64,000 nucleotides of DNA from Candidatus Latescibacterota bacterium (GTDB taxonomy: Bacteria; Latescibacterota; UBA2968), in NCBI GenBank assembly GCA_965204375.1, contig OZ241986.1, positions 256,001-320,000 on the forward strand, in the 5' to 3' direction. Of this stretch, positions 58,415-64,000 are shown piece by piece. A program made the translations under genes and the position numbers. Under the pieces are notes generated by a model that had not been told where the DNA came from, ran no database searches, and saw only the letters and a list, made by a program, of their open reading frames with translations. Each line of letters starts with the position of its first letter. Position 1 is the stretch's first letter.

Positions 58415-58677
58415 AAAAATATCACGATGTAAGAGACCTCTATTTTCAGGATGATGAAATGGTTGTAACCATTGATGGGGAAACGAAAAAGTTTGTGCTC
58501 AGTGAGATTTCACCTGTATTGCAGGAGGCATCTGTTGAAGAGAGAAATATGTATGAAATTTCTCCTTCGGGTTATGGTATTCACTGGCCGTTAGTTGACG
58601 AGGATTTGTCAATTGATGGATTGCTGGGCATTGTTCATACACCACAGACAATATCGACGGGACAGCAATACGTCTAA
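58411..58677 (+). CDS. DUF2442 domain protein (putative TA component)
   Basis: L..AS.EER....IS..GYGIHWP.VDEDLSIDGLL; ATGA overlap with the DUF4160 gene. Confidence 0.85.
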   Translation: MKKYHDVRDLYFQDDEMVVTIDGETKKFVLSEISPVLQEASVEERNMYEISPSGYGIHWPLVDEDLSIDGLLGIVHTPQTISTGQQYV

Positions 58678-58714
58678 CCGTTACTCCTATCACAATTCTA
58701 AGAAAGGATATGTC

Positions 58715-59260
58715 ATGGCAGATGTTTTGATTATAGGCGATGGACCTGCTGGATTGAGTGCCGCGTTGTTTTTGGCGAAGAATGGTCAGAATGTGACGGT
58801 GTTTGGACAAGATGGAACGCCGATGCACAAGGCGATGCTCTACAATTATCTGGGTATTCCCGAGATGACGGGGAGTGAGTTTCAGCGGGTAGGGCGGGTG
58901 CAGGTTCAGAATTTGGGCGGCACAATTGAGGATGTAGAAGTGACCGGTGCCGAAAAGACCGATGGCGGTTTTGCCGTTACAACGGGGGATGGAGATCGGC
59001 GAGAGGGGAAGTATCTCATTTTAGCCACCGGCACAAATACCAAATTGGCCGAGGGGCTGAGTCTGGCTAAGGAGAATAAGGGTATTGTTGCCGATGGCGA
59101 TGGCCGCACTTCGGTTGAGGGGCTTTTTGCAGTGGGTTGGAATACGCGCCTCATCCGCACACAGGCGATTATTTCCGCCGGACAGGGCGCCGCGACGGCT
59201 CTGGAAATTTTATCGCTCGAAGCCGGCGAAGATTTCCATGATTTTGATGTGGTTGAATAA
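58715..59260 (+). CDS. Short FAD-dependent oxidoreductase (thioredoxin reductase-like FAD domain only)
   Basis: IIGDGPAGLSAA, NYLG, LILATG, TSVEGLFAVG, QAIISAGQG. Confidence 0.85.
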   Translation: MADVLIIGDGPAGLSAALFLAKNGQNVTVFGQDGTPMHKAMLYNYLGIPEMTGSEFQRVGRVQVQNLGGTIEDVEVTGAEKTDGGFAVTTGDGDRREGKYLILATGTNTKLAEGLSLAKENKGIVADGDGRTSVEGLFAVGWNTRLIRTQAIISAGQGAATALEILSLEAGEDFHDFDVVE

Positions 59261-59279
59261 GTTGGGATAAATTTCTCCG

Positions 59280-59334
59280 GGAGGTTCCTTGCATGCCCTA
59301 TACAGACGGACGGGCATCTGGAACCTCCTTCTTT
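59280..59334 (+). terminator. Long hairpin upstream of the FHA operon
   Basis: GGAGGTTCC..ATGCCC / GGGCAT..GGAACCTCC followed by TTCTTT. Confidence 0.5.
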
Positions 59335-59393
59335 ATAAAGATAAAGACAAACCTTTGTATTCACCCATTTCTCCGTTTGTAGAGGAGATCGTC

Positions 59394-60986
59394 ATGCGTG
59401 TTTTTCTTTTTTTGCATTTCGTGTTGTTCCTATTTCTCAGTCCTGTATTTGCGGAAATAGATGTTGCTGTCGTATCTGAAAGCATCGTGCAGGTGCGTGT
59501 GTACAAGAATCATAAGATTTTGGCTGAGGGTAGCGGTTTTGTTGTCAATGAGGAGGGGTATGTGCTGACGAATGCCCATCTCCTAACAGATGCGGATGGA
59601 TTGACAGTCTTATCCCGAAAGACCGGTGCTGAAATCGTGTCACAGCAGATCTTTACCAATCGGGAATTGAATCTCGCTTTGTTGCGCGTGCAAGGTCTGG
59701 ATTTACCGCCTCTCAACTTGTCCGAACAAGGGGCCGATGTAGGCCGGGTCGTGGAAACCCTGAAGATAACTCCTCAGGATAGTATCCAGATTGCTCGTGG
59801 GACTATTGGCGCATACCAGGATGTGCCGGGAAAAAAAGTGAGTGATCCCGTGGCACATCTGCTACAGCACAATGCCATGGTGACTTCCAAAGCATTTGGT
59901 ATGCCTCTGTTTAATGAGTGCGGAGATGTTGTCGCTATTAATCTGCCAGACCCGAAGAGCGGATCCTGGCCGTTTCGGAAAAATGTGGAACCCAGAGGAA
60001 CAGTTTTTGCCTTGCGCAGCGGCGATATCATTACTGTGCTTAAAGACCGGAAGATTGCACATACAGTAGTTGAAGAAGAATGCTTGAGTGCTGTTGAACG
60101 CGCTCAACGAGATAGAAAAATCGCAGAAGATAGTATCAAAGCAGTAGCAGAAGCGGCAAGAGATAGTGTTAGTGCAGAAAGAGTTGCTCGGTTGGCGGCT
60201 GAAAAAGCTGTTAGGGAAAAGCAACAGGAGGCCGAAAAAGCAAAAGCTGCTCGGCTGGCTGCCGAACGGGCGAAGGCACAGGCGGATTCAGCAAGTAAGG
60301 CGGCGGCAGATAGTGTCAAAGTAGCACAAGACAGTATCAACACGGCACGGCTGGCATTAGAACGAGAAAAGGCAAGGACTGATTCGTTAAAGAAGGTGGC
60401 AGAGGAGCGTATTGCCGCTCAAAAAGCAGCAGATAGTCTCGCCGCAGTACATCAGCAGGATCGCGAAAAGACATCTCAAAGATTGCAATGGGCTATCGTA
60501 TCCGGGAGTGCGGTGGTCATTCTGGTACTCCTCGGCTGGTTCATGTTTGCACGCAGGAAGAGGGCGCAATTGCAAGCGACCGCTTCTCGTTTGAGTGAGG
60601 CAGAACAAGAGGCCGAAGTCGCGAGACAAGCCGCAGCACAAGCACCACAGCCCGCGCCTTTCAGATGTCTATTAGAAGGTCAAGACAACACGGGTCAACC
60701 CTTTGCGCTGAGTATATCAGCATTAGCCCTTGGTGCGCCTTCAGGTGCCACGCTTGGAAGAAGTCCTGCCAACGCAGAATTTATTATTGACCACGAATCC
60801 GTATCTCGCGAACACATCAAGCTTTTGTATGCCGACGGAAATCTCTATGTAGAGGACCTGGGTAGCACGAATGGTACCAAAATCAATGGACTTTTGCTCA
60901 ATCCGCGCGAACCCGTGGTGTTGCAGAACAATGATCAACTCGAGTTGGGGCCTGTTGTTTTTCAGGTGCGTTTGATGCAGGAGTGA
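59394..60986 (+). CDS. Inactive trypsin-like domain + coiled-coil stalk + TM + FHA domain protein
   Basis: Signal peptide, GSGFVV....LTNAH, NLALL, KAFGMPL in place of GNSGGPL, Ala-rich stalk, TM, FHA (LGRS, SREH, STNGT). Confidence 0.85.
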   Translation: MRVFLFLHFVLFLFLSPVFAEIDVAVVSESIVQVRVYKNHKILAEGSGFVVNEEGYVLTNAHLLTDADGLTVLSRKTGAEIVSQQIFTNRELNLALLRVQGLDLPPLNLSEQGADVGRVVETLKITPQDSIQIARGTIGAYQDVPGKKVSDPVAHLLQHNAMVTSKAFGMPLFNECGDVVAINLPDPKSGSWPFRKNVEPRGTVFALRSGDIITVLKDRKIAHTVVEEECLSAVERAQRDRKIAEDSIKAVAEAARDSVSAERVARLAAEKAVREKQQEAEKAKAARLAAERAKAQADSASKAAADSVKVAQDSINTARLALEREKARTDSLKKVAEERIAAQKAADSLAAVHQQDREKTSQRLQWAIVSGSAVVILVLLGWFMFARRKRAQLQATASRLSEAEQEAEVARQAAAQAPQPAPFRCLLEGQDNTGQPFALSISALALGAPSGATLGRSPANAEFIIDHESVSREHIKLLYADGNLYVEDLGSTNGTKINGLLLNPREPVVLQNNDQLELGPVVFQVRLMQE

Positions 60987-60989
60987 AAA

Positions 60990-62312
60990 TTGCAACCGAT
61001 ATGCAACTATTGGCGTGTTGTCGGTTTTATTCTCGCGTTTCTGTTTTTTTCGCGTGATGCTGTCGCTGCGCCAGATTTTGATGCGCTTGAGAAGAGTGTT
61101 GTGCGTATTGTAACGCAGACAAATCAGGGAATTGGGACGGGTACTGGATTTGTGATCAATGATCGGGGTTATATCGCGACGAACGTACACGTTATTGCCG
61201 GTGGCAATTTGATCAAAGCAATACCGACAAATTCCAATACCATGTACGATGTTGATGTGATTGCTATGTCCTATGAACTCGATCTGGCAATCGTACGCGC
61301 GCCGGGGATCAATCTTCCACCGATTACGCTTTCGCTCGCGCTGTCGAGAAAGGGGCAGAAGGTGTGGGCTATTGGTTATCCGGGGGGAGCCGATAGGAAC
61401 AGACCTGCCCATGATCCAACTGTACAGGATGGTGTTATTGGTAGAATTTTTTCAGGTGCATGGAAGACCCAAAAATTCAGGATTATTCAACACAACGCGC
61501 CTACGAATCCCGGTAACAGCGGCGGACCTTTACTGGACGACTGCGGAAGGGTGATTGGTGTTAATACGCAGGCGTCTCTCGTCGTGATTGCCAGCCCATC
61601 CGATGGGGTAACGCGGGTGCCGCACGCGGCGGGTATTTACTGGTCTTCTCATATTGAGGAATTGGCAAAGCTGTTACGTGAAAATGCAATTTCTTTTCAG
61701 TCAGAGGACGATGCGTGTTTGCCGGCTGATTCTACTGGGCGTTCTGCGGAAGTGGAAAGAGCGCGCCGGGAGGCAGAACGAGCCAAGAGCCAAGCAGACG
61801 ATGCGAGCCAGAAATTTCTTATTTGGGTGATATTATTGGGTGCTGTGGCTGTGGTCGCTCTGATACTTGCTTTGAAGAAACCCCGACAGCAGATCATTCA
61901 CGCTGCAGACCATATCAGCCGACGCTTCAAAACAAAAGCACCTGCCGAGGCTGTTCAAAAACGAGTATCCGAAAAACTGCCAGAACACGGTCTGATGCTG
62001 ACCGGGTTTGACGGTAATGGCAGTCCTGTCCGCATTGCGTTACCGCCAGCGAGATTCTCGGGGCAGCATTGGGGGGTTTCATTGGGCAGGCATCCCGAGT
62101 TGGTGGATGAAATTATCCAGGACCAAAATGTATCCAGACGACATGTGCGAATTGAGGCACAGGCAGGTCAATTTTATATCGAAGATTTGAACTCGCGCAA
62201 TGGAACGTTTTTGAATCACCATAAATTGTCTCCGTTTAAGCCAACGCTTTTAGACTATGGGGCTTTAGTGAGATTGGGTGGTTTGGAGTTCATGGTTTCA
62301 AAACTGGAATAG
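60990..62312 (+). CDS. Trypsin-like serine protease + TM + FHA domain protein
   Basis: GTGFVI, TNVHV, DLAI and GNSGGPL give a complete triad; TM; FHA (LGRH, SRRH, SRNGT). Confidence 0.9.
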   Translation: MQPICNYWRVVGFILAFLFFSRDAVAAPDFDALEKSVVRIVTQTNQGIGTGTGFVINDRGYIATNVHVIAGGNLIKAIPTNSNTMYDVDVIAMSYELDLAIVRAPGINLPPITLSLALSRKGQKVWAIGYPGGADRNRPAHDPTVQDGVIGRIFSGAWKTQKFRIIQHNAPTNPGNSGGPLLDDCGRVIGVNTQASLVVIASPSDGVTRVPHAAGIYWSSHIEELAKLLRENAISFQSEDDACLPADSTGRSAEVERARREAERAKSQADDASQKFLIWVILLGAVAVVALILALKKPRQQIIHAADHISRRFKTKAPAEAVQKRVSEKLPEHGLMLTGFDGNGSPVRIALPPARFSGQHWGVSLGRHPELVDEIIQDQNVSRRHVRIEAQAGQFYIEDLNSRNGTFLNHHKLSPFKPTLLDYGALVRLGGLEFMVSKLE

Positions 62313-62325
62313 GAGCATCTTGTAG

Positions 62326-63186
62326 ATGAAAAAACGTAGCCGAGAAATTAATATTTTCAGTATGTCTGCGCTCGATCTATTCGCTTCGGCAATGGGCGCT
62401 TTCATTTTGATTACCATTGTGCTGTTTCCCTTTTTTCCGAACATGGGCGATTCATCGGAAAGCATAAAAAAAGAAAAAGCCGAACTGGTACAGGAAAAGG
62501 CTAAATTACAACAGGAAAAGGATAGGTTGGAACAAGAAAGAGCTAAACTCGAACAAGAAAAAGCCAAAGCCCCTAAAACGAAAAATAATCCACTTGAAGA
62601 ACGGGTTAAAGCACTGGAACAGGAGATTGATGACACATCTGTTTTATTGGGTATTAAGACCACAGCAAAGAAGTTTGTAATCGTAGTGGATATGTCTGGC
62701 AGTATTTATCAACCTGGTGGACAAGACTATCGCCAGTTCATCACATTGTCAGTACGGGATATGCTTTCTTCTTTTCAATCTGAAATAGAATTGGTTATGG
62801 TTGGTTTTCACGCCCCAAATCGCAGGACACGATTGCACTATTGGCCTGAAAACAGGCGTTATTTTCAAGTGATGAGGAGTACACGAGAGCAAGTCTTAGC
62901 CGCAATAGATAGGTGGATGAATCGCGTGGATGGTGGCACACCTACGCGCGAAGCCCTGCTGGCGGCCCTTGCCCTCAGTCCCGAAGAGATCATCCTGTTG
63001 AGCGATGGCGCACCCAACGAAGACTGGCGCAACGTTGTCAATGCCGTGACTCGTCGCAATATAAAGAGAACTCCCATACACGCCGTAGCAGTTGGCAACT
63101 ATGTAGCCCAACGAGATTTTGTCGAGTTTCTAATCGCGTTGACAAAGCGCAACGGCGGTGTTCTCGTGGGAGCTAAACCCGGTTGA
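62326..63186 (+). CDS. Membrane-anchored vWA domain protein with coiled-coil stalk
   Basis: N-terminal FSMSALDLFASAMGAFILI TM, heptad QEK repeats, MIDAS DMSGS...GGT...LSDG. Confidence 0.85.
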   Translation: MKKRSREINIFSMSALDLFASAMGAFILITIVLFPFFPNMGDSSESIKKEKAELVQEKAKLQQEKDRLEQERAKLEQEKAKAPKTKNNPLEERVKALEQEIDDTSVLLGIKTTAKKFVIVVDMSGSIYQPGGQDYRQFITLSVRDMLSSFQSEIELVMVGFHAPNRRTRLHYWPENRRYFQVMRSTREQVLAAIDRWMNRVDGGTPTREALLAALALSPEEIILLSDGAPNEDWRNVVNAVTRRNIKRTPIHAVAVGNYVAQRDFVEFLIALTKRNGGVLVGAKPG

Positions 63187-63198
63187 GAGGATTGCGAA

Positions 63199-63564
63199 AT
63201 GTCTAACTTTTCTACCTATCGAATTGGTCGCGGTTCGGATGTGGATATTCGCATTGACGATAGAACGGTCTCCCGCATTCACGCAGAGTTGGTTGTGACT
63301 GCGAAGGGGGCATACTATCTGACTGATTGCGGTAGTAGCGGTGGGAGTTATGTTGCGCGAAATGGCGAGTGGGAGGCTATTACGCAGGGTTTTATCTCTC
63401 CGATGGATGCAATTTTACTCGGTCGGTGTCAGACAACAGCGCAGCAACTTATGGCGATGGTTAATCAAGGTGGACGGGATATTGTAAGACGCAAGGATGA
63501 TTTGCCCGAGGGACCGGTGCGTCGCAATGTAGATACAGGTGAAATTATAGGAGACGAGGATTGA
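63199..63564 (+). CDS. Small stand-alone FHA domain protein
   Basis: IGRG..VDI....VSRIHAEL.....LTDCGSSGGS. Confidence 0.85.
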   Translation: MSNFSTYRIGRGSDVDIRIDDRTVSRIHAELVVTAKGAYYLTDCGSSGGSYVARNGEWEAITQGFISPMDAILLGRCQTTAQQLMAMVNQGGRDIVRRKDDLPEGPVRRNVDTGEIIGDED

Positions 63565-63565
63565 C

Positions 63566-64000
63566 ATGGCAATGGGTCAAGCAGCAGAGACGAATCAACG
63601 CCTCATCGCATCTGGTTTCAGTTTGGTAATAGGTGTTGTCCTTATTGGGCTACTGAGTATTGTCTTTGATAATCCCGATTCACAAGTGGGTGCTTTCTTG
63701 CTTGACCGCCACACGGAAAATTTCCTCTACCCGTTTACGATCCAGAATGTCATGTGGCTGATGTTTTGTCTGGGCTGTGGCGAGTTGTGGGGGCGATTTA
63801 ATCAGTCCAATTTAGAATTGGCACAAATCTCAAAGCGATATCTTCCAGAAGACGATTCAATTATGTTGCGGGCGCAGGACCTGGGTTCTCTCTATCAAAA
63901 GATGCGCCCAAAGGATGGGGAACGGACTTTCTTTTTGCAACGCTTAATCGCGCGCTGTATTTTGCAATTTCAGGGGAGCAGATCCGTCAATCAGACCAAT
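63566..64000 (+). CDS. MotA/TolQ/ExbB proton channel family protein (partial, runs off the window)
   Basis: Absent from the ORF track; translated by hand from ATG 63566 (GAGG RBS): two TM helices then YPFTIQNVMWLMF..G.GELW.R...LPEDD...FLQRLI...ILQFQ. The diagnostic PTLGF.GT helix would lie beyond the window. Confidence 0.55.
   Translation, partial: MAMGQAAETNQRLIASGFSLVIGVVLIGLLSIVFDNPDSQVGAFLLDRHTENFLYPFTIQNVMWLMFCLGCGELWGRFNQSNLELAQISKRYLPEDDSIMLRAQDLGSLYQKMRPKDGERTFFLQRLIARCILQFQGSRSVNQTN

Noticed and set aside
62326-64000. Calling the last operon Zorya or a TonB/Tol system
   Set aside because: No OmpA-type ZorB, helicase/nuclease, TonB or TolA/Pal is visible and the channel gene is incomplete, so a named assignment is unsupported.

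Overview
A 64 kb bacterial chromosome window. The gene content (PhyH dioxygenases, Gfo/Idh/MocA oxidoreductases, GWxTD, PorV-like and WD40-plus-dockerin-like proteins) suggests an FCB-group organism such as Latescibacterota or Gemmatimonadota, but that placement is inference only. The backbone carries tRNA-Thr(TGT), ddl, dedA, ispDF, queA, uxuA, accD, aroQ, sucD, rpiA and era, plus sugar-acid catabolic and envelope genes. An accessory island of about 7 kb (about 12.7-19.8 kb) holds an AAA ATPase/DUF4276-like pair cut by back-to-back IS5 and IS1380 elements, several gene relics and toxin-antitoxin modules. Two uncharacterised multi-gene systems stand out. (1) At 59.4-64 kb, an operon running off the window encodes a catalytically dead trypsin-stalk-TM-FHA protein, an active trypsin-TM-FHA paralogue, a membrane-anchored vWA protein, a small FHA protein and a MotA/TolQ/ExbB-like channel subunit. 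(2) At 47-54 kb, a 1615-aa degenerate M28-peptidase/FtsX-permease fusion is paired with an OPT-like transporter. No CRISPR array, rRNA or prophage was seen. All family calls come from reading motifs by eye; no database search was run.
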